A DNA stretch of 64,000 bases from Deltaproteobacteria bacterium (GCA_016874795.1 VGTG01000005.1:15393-79392); one strand, 5' to 3'; counted from the first letter of the stretch, positions 49,648 to 58,868 are shown. Notes: generated by a model from the sequence alone, not told the origin. A program made the numbers and translations.

Positions 49648-50853
49648 GTGAGGCGCTGGCTCGCCGTCGTCGCGGCGCTCCTCCTTCCCTCGGCGGCTCT
49701 CGCCGTGCCGTTCTGGGGAGCGAAGCAGTCGCTGCCTCCGGGCACGCCGCCGTCGGCGATCAAGCCGGGACAGTTCGTCTGGGATCCGTCCGACGCGCCC
49801 GAAGGTCCGCTCGCGGTGATCGTCAGCCTGACCGAGCAGCGCGCCTACGTGTACCGGAACGGCGTCCTGATCGGCGTGTCCAGCGTGAGCACGGGGCGGC
49901 CCGGCCACGTCACGCCGACGGGGGTGTTCACCGTCCTGCAGAAGGACAAGGACCACGACTCGAGCCTCTATCACGACGCCGCGATGCCCTACACGGAGCG
50001 GCTCACGTGGGGCGGCGTCGCGCTGCACGCCGGCGGGCTTCCCGGCTATCCCTCCTCGCACGGCTGCGTGCATCTGCCGAGCGAGTTCGCGGAGAGCCTG
50101 TTCGCGATCTCGTCGCTCGGAATGACGGTCGTGATCGCGGACGATCACTCGGCTCCGCGCGACGTCGCGCACCCGGGCGCCCTCGCACCGATCGACCCGT
50201 CGAGCGGCGAGGACGACGAGGATCCGCCGCTCCCGAGCGGCCAGATGGAGCGCTGGGAGCCGGACAAGTCGCCCGAGGGACCCGTGTCGGTGGTCATCGG
50301 CAGGAAGGACCGCCGCGCGGTCGCGATGCGGAACGGGATCGAGATCGGTCGAGCGCGCATCGAGGTCGAGGACCCGGAGAAGGCTGTCGGCGTGCACGCG
50401 TTCCTCGTCGTCGAAGGCGGCTCTGCCGAAGCGCCGCGCTGGGTCGTCATCCCGTCGCGGAAGAGCGGCACCGACGCGGCGCTCGATCCGTTCACCGAAT
50501 CGCGCGTGACCCTGCCGACGGAGTTCCTCGACGAGCTACGCCCGCTCCTCGTGCCGGGAACGACGCTCGTCGTGACGGACGGCGCGATCCTGCCCGATTC
50601 CACCGGAACGAAGCTCGACGTGCTCAACAACGCGGAGCGCCTCTCCGACGCGAGCCGGCGGACGCTCGCCCTCCAGGGCGGTCCGCTGGCCGAGGCCGAG
50701 GCGGACGCGTTCGAGAAGGGTCCGCTTTTCTCGGGTCTCCTTCGTCTTCGCCAGTGGGACGAGCGCGGAAAGGTGCCCGGTCTCGAGATCGCTCCCCTCG
50801 AGAGCTACCGCGCGCTCCTCGTCGAGCGACTCCGCGCGGTCCGCGACGCTTGA
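49648..50853 (+). CDS. L,D-transpeptidase (YkuD) with an appended PhnZ-like HD-protein C-terminal fragment
   Basis: Signal peptide; STGRPGHVTPTG, HAG...SHGCVHL; tail LSDASRRTLALQGGP...LRQWDERGKVPG. Confidence 0.8.
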   Translation: MRRWLAVVAALLLPSAALAVPFWGAKQSLPPGTPPSAIKPGQFVWDPSDAPEGPLAVIVSLTEQRAYVYRNGVLIGVSSVSTGRPGHVTPTGVFTVLQKDKDHDSSLYHDAAMPYTERLTWGGVALHAGGLPGYPSSHGCVHLPSEFAESLFAISSLGMTVVIADDHSAPRDVAHPGALAPIDPSSGEDDEDPPLPSGQMERWEPDKSPEGPVSVVIGRKDRRAVAMRNGIEIGRARIEVEDPEKAVGVHAFLVVEGGSAEAPRWVVIPSRKSGTDAALDPFTESRVTLPTEFLDELRPLLVPGTTLVVTDGAILPDSTGTKLDVLNNAERLSDASRRTLALQGGPLAEAEADAFEKGPLFSGLLRLRQWDERGKVPGLEIAPLESYRALLVERLRAVRDA

Positions 50854-50871
50854 GCGCTCGCGGCGTCGGCG

Positions 50872-51708
50872 TCAGCGGGCGGCGCGGCCGCGGAGCCAGG
50901 CGCCGACGCGATGGTACGCCGGCATCGGGCTCTCCTCGCTCTTCGGCTCGTACGGTCCCGTCAAGTACGGCAGGTACATCGAGCGTCGCAGGCTCACGGC
51001 GCCGTCGTGGCTCGACAGCGCGACGCGGTGCCACAGCCGGCCGTCGTGCACCGTGAGATCGCCGGGCTCGGTCTCGACGCAGATCTCCTCCGCGTCGGGC
51101 CGGTGCGAGACGAAGTAGGGCTTCCGGAAGCACATCGAGAGGAAGCCCTGGCCGTGGCTCCCGGGGATCAGGCGAAGTCCGCCATTGTCCGCGGTGCAGC
51201 GGTCGAGGTGGAGGCCGATGTTCAGCATCCGCTGCGGCATCCGTCCGTAGAAGAGATCGCGGAGCCCGTCGGTGTGCCAGCCGAGGCGCGGGTGCACGCT
51301 GCCCGGCACGTTCAGGTACCGATTGACGACGACGCCGTCCTTCTCTCGATCGCCGACGCGCGCGTCCTTGCCGACGAGGTCGAGGATTGGAGCGAAGCGC
51401 GGGTCGTGCACGAAAGCGCGGATGCGCTCCGAGAACACGGAGGTGAACGCGAGACGCTGGAGGAACGGCTTCCCCTCGTGATCGCGGCCGACGAAGAGCG
51501 GGATGCCGAAGACCTGCGTCCGACCCTCGGCGAGCCAGTCCGCCTGGATGCGGTCGATCTCGGCGGCGATCATCGTCACCTCGGCCTCGGAGGCGACGCG
51601 CGAGAAGACGAGGAATCCGTGGCGGTCGAGGAAGGCGCGCTGCTCCTCCGTGACGGAGGGACCGAGGGTGAAGCGCGTCGTCAGCGGGAGATCCGTTTCC
51701 ATTTCCAT
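50872..51708 (-). CDS. Phytanoyl-CoA dioxygenase (PhyH) family Fe/2OG dioxygenase
   Basis: WHTD, NGGLRLIPGSH, HDGRLWH. Confidence 0.88.
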   Translation of the reverse strand: MEMETDLPLTTRFTLGPSVTEEQRAFLDRHGFLVFSRVASEAEVTMIAAEIDRIQADWLAEGRTQVFGIPLFVGRDHEGKPFLQRLAFTSVFSERIRAFVHDPRFAPILDLVGKDARVGDREKDGVVVNRYLNVPGSVHPRLGWHTDGLRDLFYGRMPQRMLNIGLHLDRCTADNGGLRLIPGSHGQGFLSMCFRKPYFVSHRPDAEEICVETEPGDLTVHDGRLWHRVALSSHDGAVSLRRSMYLPYLTGPYEPKSEESPMPAYHRVGAWLRGRAAR

Positions 51709-51790
51709 GGCGGAGAGCCGGATAGCACACTCTTCCCGTCGCGGCCGCCGTGCTAAGACGAGCGGGCAGGATGGAAGCGGAGGAGAAGCC

Positions 51791-52759
51791 GTGAACACGT
51801 CACCCGTCGCCGCCGGCTCCGATCGCGATCCCGGAGCGCATCTCACCGCGAAGCGCGTGCACATCGGAAAGTACGGCCTCGACGTCGGACCGCTCGGTCA
51901 CCTCGCCGCGGAGCGCGCGCGACTCGCGGCGCTCTCGTGGCAGAGCTTCGACGCGCGGCCGCTCGGCGCGACGATCGGGGCAGAGCTCCGGGGCGTCGAC
52001 TTGACGAGCGACCTGCCCGACGAGGTGATCGACGAGATCCGGCGCGCGCTCCACGCGTACAAGGTGATCTTCTTCCGCGACCAGCCGCTCACCGCCGCGC
52101 AGCACGTCGCCTTCGCGCGCCGCTTCGGCGATCTCGAGATCCATCCGTTCATCCCGTCGAACACGGGCCAGCCCGAGCTCGTGCGCTTCGAGAAGTCCGC
52201 CGACGTCGGCGGCTACGAGAACGGCTGGCATCACGACGTGACGTGGCGCGAGCGTCCGTCGATGGGCGCCGTGCTGCACGCCCTTCGCGTTCCGCAGAAC
52301 GGCGGCGACACGCTCTTCGCGGACATGTGCGCTGCCTACGACGGCCTCGACGACGCGACGCGCGAGCAGATCGACGATCTCGTCGCGGTGCACGACTACG
52401 CGCAGGTCTTCGGCCACGTGGTGCAGAAGGAGAAGAGGGCGGAGATGCGCGCGACCTACCCGACGGTCGAGCATCCCGTCGCCTGTACGCACGACGCGAC
52501 CGGCCGGCGCCACCTCTACGTGAACCGCTTCTTCACGAGCCACGTCGTCGGCTTCGATGAAGCGGAGAGCACGGCTCTGATCGATCGCCTTGCGCGACGC
52601 GCCGAGATCGCCGAGTATCAGTGCCGCTTCCAGTGGGAGGACCACTCCGTCGGCTTCTGGGACAATCGCGCCGTGCAGCACTACGCGGCGAGCGACTACT
52701 GGCCGGACGTGCGTGTCATGGAGCGAGCGAGCATCGTCGGCGAGAGGCCGCGCCGGTAG
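51791..52759 (+). CDS. TauD/TfdA family dioxygenase
   Basis: VIFFRDQ, WHHDVTW, GGDTLF, WDNRAVQH. Confidence 0.92.
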   Translation: MNTSPVAAGSDRDPGAHLTAKRVHIGKYGLDVGPLGHLAAERARLAALSWQSFDARPLGATIGAELRGVDLTSDLPDEVIDEIRRALHAYKVIFFRDQPLTAAQHVAFARRFGDLEIHPFIPSNTGQPELVRFEKSADVGGYENGWHHDVTWRERPSMGAVLHALRVPQNGGDTLFADMCAAYDGLDDATREQIDDLVAVHDYAQVFGHVVQKEKRAEMRATYPTVEHPVACTHDATGRRHLYVNRFFTSHVVGFDEAESTALIDRLARRAEIAEYQCRFQWEDHSVGFWDNRAVQHYAASDYWPDVRVMERASIVGERPRR

Positions 52760-52789
52760 ACCTGCAGGGGCGCGCCGGTCGCGGCTCGC

Positions 52790-53160
52790 GCGCGGCGGAA
52801 CCCGCCGGCTGACGGCGGACGAGATCCTCGTCGATACGGGCGGTCGCCCAGCGCGGCCCGCGCTTCTCGCGCACGAGGACCGCGGCGTCGCGGACGAGGT
52901 CGCGAAGATCTTTCGCGAGGACGGCGTCGACGTCCTGCTCGAGGCCGAGGCGTCGCGCGCCTCGCGGACCGGGGGCGGAGACGTCTCGCTGGCTGTGCGG
53001 ACGCCGGCGGGCGCACGCGTGCTCGAAGGCTCGCATCTTCGCCTCGCCGTCGGCCGTGCGCCGAACACCGACGGGCTGAACGCGGCCGTCGCGGGAATCG
53101 AGCTCGACGGCGCCGGATTCGTCCGCGTGAACGAGCGTCTCGAGACGACCGCGAAGGGAG
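52790..53160 (+). pseudogene. Internal remnant of a mercuric-reductase/dihydrolipoamide-dehydrogenase-like flavoprotein
   Basis: ILVDTGGRPARP joined to LLAHEDRGVADEV...AVGRAPNTDGL...VNERLETT; lacks both termini and the NAD-binding GxGxxG. Confidence 0.7.
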
Positions 53161-53849
53161 CAAGGCCTCTGGCGCGGCTCGCGGAGGGCGGGCAGCTCGA
53201 GAGAGCCGTTCGGCGTTCCGTTCGCGATCGGCACTCTCTCGCGCAGGCAGGCGTACGCGTAGAGCTGGCTCGGCGTCACCGAGGAGTCGTCCTCGTCGAG
53301 AGCGCGCTCGAAGGCGGCGAGGCTCGCGTGGCACGCCCCGGTCGGCCTCTGCACCTCGGTCGAGGTGAGCATCACGCAGACCGCGCGCGAAGCGCCGGTG
53401 CGAGAGAGCGACGCGCGCACGTCGTCGCGGAGCCGTTCCGCCTGCTCGCGCTTCGAGCGCCGCGGATCGATCGCATGATCGGGCTCGAGGTGTGGAGTCG
53501 ATTCCCGGTCCCACGCACCCGGCATCGGCGTGATCCGCGCGAGGGCTCCCTCGACGCGTTCCAGATGCTCTGGCGAGAGGACGGCGGCCACCACGGCGGA
53601 GGCGTGCGCGTCGCGCCGCAGCACGTCCCACGCGGCGAACTCGAGGTCCTCGATGGATGCGAGAGGAACGACGTCGCGGAGCGGTCGAGACGCTTCGTGG
53701 GCTGCGCCGTTCCCGCTCGGAACACGTCCCATCTCCGCGAGCGAGCCGACCGCCTTCGCGAGACCGTGCCGGCACAGCTCGACGCCCGCGATCAGGCTCG
53801 TCGCGACGGCTCCGAGGCCGGGCAGCAGCACGAGGAGCTTGCCGCGCAT
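53160..53849 (-). pseudogene. ino1: 3'-truncated myo-inositol-1-phosphate synthase
   Basis: GLGAVATSLIAG, AWD, STE, PSQLYAYA, ANGTPN; ends before the GKD-KTGQT motif. Confidence 0.75.
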
Positions 53850-53864
53850 CGTCCCTCTTCATAG

Positions 53865-54461
53865 CTGAGCACGCGGGCGCCAAGCCAACGCTGGGCGCTC
53901 GAGTGGAAGCCGCTCATCATCGCGAGCAACTACTTCTACGGGTCGTTGCACTTCGTCGTGACGATTGGCGTGCTCGTGTACCTGTACCGCCGCTGGAGCG
54001 ACGACTATCCCGTGCTGCGCAACGCGATCGCGATCTCCTCGGCGATCGCGCTCGCGGGCTTCGCGTTCTGGCCGCTGATGCCACCGCGTCTCTTGCCCGC
54101 CTCGTTCGGCTTCGTCGACACGCTCGACCAGTATCCGACGTTCTGGTCCTTCCAGCGCGGCGCCGTGAACGCGATCTCGAACCAGTACGCGGCGATGCCG
54201 AGCGTGCATTGCATCTGGGCGCTCTGGTGCACGTACGTGCTCGTGCCTCGCGTGCGGAGCGTGTGGGCGAAAGTGCTGGCGCTGCTCTATCCCGCCGGGA
54301 CTCTCGTGAGCATCGTGCTGACCGCGAACCACTTCGTCCTCGACGCGGTCGCGGGCTTGGTGGTCCTCGTGGCCGGCACCGCCATCGCGGGGGTCGCGAC
54401 GCGAGCGGGGCGCCGCGCGCCGGTGCTGCTCCCGGCCGGCGCCTCATGGCGCGATCGGTAG
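53865..54461 (+). pseudogene. 5'-truncated PAP2/Aur1-like membrane phosphotransferase
   Basis: NYFYGSLHF, P.MPPRL, NQYAAMPSVH, TANHFVLDA; in-frame stop at 53862-64 with no start before the homologous region. Confidence 0.65.
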
Positions 54462-54515
54462 CGACTCAGGTTTCGTCACGTCGGCGCGATCCGCGGAATC
54501 GGTCGGCCTGACCGA

Positions 54516-54554
54516 TGAGACAAATTGACGTGGTTTGTCTCACGGTGCTAGGTG
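54516..54554 (+). promoter_or_regulatory. TetR-type operator bracketing a -35 element
   Basis: TGAGACAAA-(TTGACGTGG)-TTTGTCTCA, a perfect 9-bp inverted repeat at 54516-54542. Confidence 0.7.
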
Positions 54555-54564
54555 GGACGGAGCG

Positions 54565-55185
54565 ATGGCGGAGATCCGTACCCTCGAGACCCGGGAGCGC
54601 ATCCTGGAAGGCGCCGCCGTCGCGGTCGCCCGCCATGGGCTCGCGAAGCTCGACATGGCGGACGTCAGCCAGAGCGCCGGTGTGTCGCGAGGGACGATCT
54701 ACCGCTACTTCCCGAGCCGCCGCGATCTCCTGATGCACATGGCGCGTCGCGAGGGCGAGCTCCTGCGCGAGCGCCTTCTCGAGGAGCTGGAGAGCGTGCC
54801 GGCCGGCGCGGAGCGCCTCGCCGTCGCCCTCCGTCACGCGATCGCGGCGACGCGTGAGCATCCGGCGCTGCAGCGGCTCCTCGAGACCGATCCCGCTTTC
54901 GTGCTGCGCGCGCTTCGCGTGCAGCTTCCCGGGATCAAGGCGCAGCTCGGACCGATCCTCGAGCCGCTTCTCGCCGACACGTCGCTCGTGCGCGAAGGAG
55001 GCATCTCGGCCGCTTCGCTCGTCGACTGGATGCTCCGATTGATGGTCTCGGCCTACCTGTTCCCGGATCCCGATCCCGAAGAGATGCCGCGCGTGGTCGG
55101 CGCCGTCTACCGCGCCCTGACGTCCGAAGAGGGTGCACCCCGGCGCACGGCGCGCCGCCGTACGCCGAAGAGGAGAGGATCATGA
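54565..55185 (+). CDS. TetR/AcrR family regulator
   Basis: MADVSQSAGVSRGTIYRYFPSR HTH. Confidence 0.9.
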   Translation: MAEIRTLETRERILEGAAVAVARHGLAKLDMADVSQSAGVSRGTIYRYFPSRRDLLMHMARREGELLRERLLEELESVPAGAERLAVALRHAIAATREHPALQRLLETDPAFVLRALRVQLPGIKAQLGPILEPLLADTSLVREGGISAASLVDWMLRLMVSAYLFPDPDPEEMPRVVGAVYRALTSEEGAPRRTARRRTPKRRGS

Positions 55186-56399
55186 GCACTCCGAACCCGA
55201 ACCCGGAGAACCGTCAGATCAACATCATCGACCCGGCCTTCACGCTGAACCCGCAGCCCGTGTACGACGAGGTACTCACGCGCTACCGCGTCGCGAAGAC
55301 GATCGGCCTCAACTCGCCGGTGATCTCGCGCTACGAGGACGTGATCTGGGCTCTCCGGCATCCCGAGATCTTCTCCTCCGAGATGGACATGCACGTCGGC
55401 CTCGGCACGGAGCGTCCGATGATCCCGCAGCAGCTCGATCCGCCGCTGCAGACGCGGTACCGGAAGATCCTCGACCTGCAGTTCTCGCGCGCCCGCGTGA
55501 TGGAGATCGAGCCCGACGTCCGCCGCCACGCGAACGAGCTGATCGACCAGTTCGTCGACGCGGGCGAGTGCGAGTTCGACCGCGACTTCGCGATCCCGCT
55601 TCCGTGCCGCGCGTTCCTCCGCATGATGGGCCTGCCGCAGGAGGACCTCGAGCTCTTCCTCGAGCTGAAGAACGGCATCATCCGTCCGCCCATCGCGAAT
55701 CCCTACGACATCGCGGCCGCGAAGGAGTACCGCGCGAAGACCGGCAAGCGGATCTACGCGTACTTCGAGGCGCTGATCGACGACCGCGAGAAGAGCCCGC
55801 GCGACGACATGATGACCTACTTCACGAAGGTCGAGCTCGACGGGAAGAAGCTCACGCGGAACGAGATCCTCGACATCTGCTTCCTCTTCCTGCTCGGCGG
55901 CCTCGACACGGTGACCGCGACGCTCGGGTGCAGCGTGTTCTACCTGGCGGAGAACCCGGAGCATCGCCGCCGCCTCGCGGAAGACCCGAGCCTCGTCCCG
56001 GCGGCCGTGGAGGAGCTGCTTCGCTGGCAAACGCCGGTGACGATCGTGCCGCGCATCCTGAAGCAGGACTGGGAGCTCGACGGCGTGCAGATGAAGGCGG
56101 GATCGATGGTCAGCCTCCTCATCGGCGCGGCGAACGTCGACGAGCAGGAGTTCGGCGCCGGCGAGGGGAAGTGCGTGCACTTCGAGCGCGAGCGGAACCG
56201 TCACATCGCCTTCGGCGCGGGCCCGCATCGCTGCCTCGGCTCGCACCTCGCGCGGATGGAGCTCCGCGTCGGGCTCGAGGAGTGGCACCGTCGCATCCCG
56301 AGCTACTCGATCAAGGCCGGCGAGACGCCGCGCGTGAGCCCCGGCATCCGCGAGGTGATGTACCTGCCGCTCGTCTGGGAGAAGGGCGGTGCCGCGTGA
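55182..56399 (+). CDS. Cytochrome P450
   Basis: GGLDT I-helix, EELLR, FGAGPHRCLG heme motif. Confidence 0.95.
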   Translation: MSTPNPNPENRQINIIDPAFTLNPQPVYDEVLTRYRVAKTIGLNSPVISRYEDVIWALRHPEIFSSEMDMHVGLGTERPMIPQQLDPPLQTRYRKILDLQFSRARVMEIEPDVRRHANELIDQFVDAGECEFDRDFAIPLPCRAFLRMMGLPQEDLELFLELKNGIIRPPIANPYDIAAAKEYRAKTGKRIYAYFEALIDDREKSPRDDMMTYFTKVELDGKKLTRNEILDICFLFLLGGLDTVTATLGCSVFYLAENPEHRRRLAEDPSLVPAAVEELLRWQTPVTIVPRILKQDWELDGVQMKAGSMVSLLIGAANVDEQEFGAGEGKCVHFERERNRHIAFGAGPHRCLGSHLARMELRVGLEEWHRRIPSYSIKAGETPRVSPGIREVMYLPLVWEKGGAA

Positions 56400-56590
56400 A
56401 GGTTCGCGTCGATCTCGACCGATGCGTCGGCCACGGGCGCTGCTACGAGCTCGCCGGCAGCGTGTTCGCGGAGGATGATCGCGGTCACTGCCTCGTGAAG
56501 CGCTCGACGATCCCGCCGGAGCTCGAGGTGGCCGCGCGGCGCGGCGCGGAGAACTGCCCCGAGGACGCGATCGTCATCGAGGAGGAGTAG
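56396..56590 (+). CDS. 3Fe-4S ferredoxin
   Basis: CVGHGRC...CPEDAI; coupled to the P450. Confidence 0.9.
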   Translation: MKVRVDLDRCVGHGRCYELAGSVFAEDDRGHCLVKRSTIPPELEVAARRGAENCPEDAIVIEEE

Positions 56591-56611
56591 GGGTAGCGGC
56601 CGGGCGTGCGG

Positions 56612-56815
56612 TCAAGCACGCGCGGCGAAGCGCAGCGGCAGCCGCTCCGGCCCGTTGATCCCGACGGGCGGCCGCCACACGGAGTCGCCCTCGACGGTCG
56701 GACACCGGATCCGCGCCGTCAGTGCAGCAAGCGCCTCCTGCAGCTCGGCGCGCGCGAGCGCCGCTCCGATGCAGTGGTGCGCGCCGTGGCCGAAGGCGAG
56801 GTGCGGCACGGCCGC
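56612..56815 (-). pseudogene. Cytochrome P450 C-terminal remnant
   Basis: PHLAFGHGAHHCIGAALARAEL...GPERLPLRF*; upstream sequence is unrelated. Confidence 0.8.
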
Positions 56816-56834
56816 GGCTTGCGCGGAGTCGATT

Positions 56835-57113
56835 CGCTCCGCGTGCGGATATGCCGCGTCGTGCCTCCTTCTCGCGATGCTCACGGTGCCCGCGCGCGTG
56901 TGGCTGCCGTTCCTCGGCGATCTCTGGCGCGCCTGGCAGCGCGGGCGATCGGCGCGGATGCCGCACGCGATCCCGTGGGAGGAGCTTCTACCTCTCCCGA
57001 TCGAAGAGGTGCGCCGCGGTCTCGGAATGGTCCCCCTCGAGGACGCGCATCCGAAGGGCGTCTGGCGCGTCGGCGCGAACGGCTCCTGGGAACGTGCTCC
57101 CGCCGCGGCATGA
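56835..57113 (+). pseudogene. Coq4-like protein C-terminal remnant
   Basis: WRAWQRGRSA...IPWEELLPLPIEEVRRGLG resembles the Coq4 family C-terminus; no start or HD motif. Confidence 0.55.
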
Positions 57114-57133
57114 AGCGCGCGACGGAGCTCGCT

Positions 57134-57727
57134 TCAGCAGCGCCGCGCCCAGGCGAGTGCGTCCTCGAGGCGATCGTTCCCCCAGAAGAGCTCGCCGTCG
57201 ACGACGAAGCTCGGCGCGCCGAAGACGCCGAGCCGGACCGCTTCGTCCGTCTCGAGGCGCAAGCGATCCTTCGTCTCCTGCGTGCCCGCGCGCTCGAGGA
57301 TCGGCTCGGACTTCTGCCCGAGCGCTTCGAGCACGGCGCCGACGACCTCCGGCCGCGCGATGTCGCGATCCTCTGCGAAGTTCGCGCGATACATCGCGCG
57401 CACGAAGTCGCCGCACCACGGCTCCGCGGCGACGGCGCAAGCGACGCGCGCCGCGAGTAGCCCGTTTCGCGGGAACTGCGACGGTCTCTGCAGCGGCAAG
57501 TCGAGCTTCCCGCAGATCCGCTCCATGTCGCGCCACATGTACTGGCCCTTCACCGGGTAGACGTTGAAGGGCGAGTCGTTCCATCCTTGGTCGCGAAAGA
57601 TCGGACCGAGAAGGAACGGACGCCAGCGCATCGCGATCCCGGCTTCGGCGCAGAGCGCCTCGACCCGGCTCGTCGCCGGATAGGAGTAGGTGCTCGCGAA
57701 CTCGAAAAAGACGTCGAGGGTCGGCAT
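57134..57727 (-). CDS. 2-hydroxychromene-2-carboxylate isomerase / DsbA-family protein
   Basis: FFEFASTYSY, PFLLG, GVFGAPSF, FWGNDRL. Confidence 0.9.
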   Translation of the reverse strand: MPTLDVFFEFASTYSYPATSRVEALCAEAGIAMRWRPFLLGPIFRDQGWNDSPFNVYPVKGQYMWRDMERICGKLDLPLQRPSQFPRNGLLAARVACAVAAEPWCGDFVRAMYRANFAEDRDIARPEVVGAVLEALGQKSEPILERAGTQETKDRLRLETDEAVRLGVFGAPSFVVDGELFWGNDRLEDALAWARRC

Positions 57728-57764
57728 GCGGAGAGAATCCTCGTGAGAGAAATGAGAGCGTCGT

Positions 57765-57914
57765 TCAGGTGGTGAGCCCGATGCGGAATCGCGCCGCACC
57801 GCTCATCATCCGCTCGAAGGCCTCGGGCGCGCGCTCGAGCGGATGAATCTCGTTCATCGAGTGTACGCCTGCGAACAGGCGGAGCGCGAGCGTGTCCTCG
57901 TCGAGCCGATCCAC
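57765..57914 (-). pseudogene. Chimeric remnant: LysR-like start (MDRLDE) fused to a Zn-alcohol dehydrogenase C-terminus
   Basis: GTG-DRLDE joined to EDTLA...PLERAPEAFERMMSGAARFRI; LysR-type box directly upstream. Confidence 0.6.
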
Positions 57915-57919
57915 GACCA

Positions 57920-57934
57920 TTGCTGATAACGCAA
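57920..57934. promoter_or_regulatory. LysR-type T-N11-A box
   Basis: TTGC-TGATAAC-GCAA in an AT-rich divergent intergenic region. Confidence 0.55.
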
Positions 57935-57993
57935 CAAAGTCTTGCAATCCACGGTCATTGTGCCGAAAAGAGCAACGACACAGATTGGCGCCC

Positions 57994-58641
57994 ATGACAC
58001 GCAAGTATCTCGAGGTCCTGGGAACGCCTGCCGTCCTGCGCGCGCAGGAGAATGCCTACGGTCGCTCGCGGCCCGTCCATGGCGACGCCGAGCGCGATCC
58101 GCTCGGCCCCGACGAGGCCGCTTTCATCGCTGCACGCGACAGCTTCTACCTCGCGACGGTCAGCGAAGCGGGCTGGCCCTACATCCAGCACCGCGGCGGG
58201 AACGCGGGATTCCTCCGGGCTCTCGATCCGCACACGCTCGGGTTCGCGGACTACCGCGGGAACCGCCAGCTCCTCAGCACCGGCAACCTCGCGGCGAACG
58301 ACTGCGTCTCGCTGTTCCTGATGGACTATCCGCACCGGGCGCGGCTGAAGATCCTCGGGCGCGCGCGCACTCTGGACGCCCGCGAGAATCCGGAGCTCGT
58401 CACGAGGCTCGCCGAGCCCGAGATGCGTCGCGAGGTCGAGCGGCTGATCCTGGTCGACGTCGTCTCGTTCGACTGGAACTGTCCGAAGTTCATCACGCCG
58501 CGCTTCACGGCGGCGGAGGTGCGCTCCGTCCTCGAGCCGCTCCAGCATCGCATCGCCGAGCTCGAGGCGCGGCTCGCCGAAGCCGCCGCGCCCCGTCCGT
58601 CTGCAAGCGACGGCCGAGGCGCGGCGCGCGAGGGCGAGTGA
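57994..58641 (+). CDS. Pyridoxamine 5'-phosphate oxidase family protein
   Basis: GWPYIQHRGG, FADYRGNRQ, LFLMDY, FDWNCPKFITPRF. Confidence 0.9.
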   Translation: MTRKYLEVLGTPAVLRAQENAYGRSRPVHGDAERDPLGPDEAAFIAARDSFYLATVSEAGWPYIQHRGGNAGFLRALDPHTLGFADYRGNRQLLSTGNLAANDCVSLFLMDYPHRARLKILGRARTLDARENPELVTRLAEPEMRREVERLILVDVVSFDWNCPKFITPRFTAAEVRSVLEPLQHRIAELEARLAEAAAPRPSASDGRGAAREGE

Positions 58642-58868
58642 CGGCGAGCCCCGATCTCGTTCGCGGACGTGGATGCTACGGCGCTCGGTCCCCATGAGAC
58701 TTCCTCCCTTTCGCACCGCCGGCGCGGCGGTCGTTCGGTTGCTCTCGCGCGGTCTCTCCGCGCCTCGGGGCAGAGAGGTCGTGCGACGACCAAAGGGAGT
58801 CCTGGCGAAGATCGGGGGATTCCCTGGGATTCCGTGGGTTTCGCGGTGCTTCTCGCGCCGAAGAGTGG

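Noticed and set aside
58704..58799. Glycine riboswitch
   Set aside because: GGAGAG is present but the GAAGG/CTCTCAGG core elements and tandem aptamer are missing
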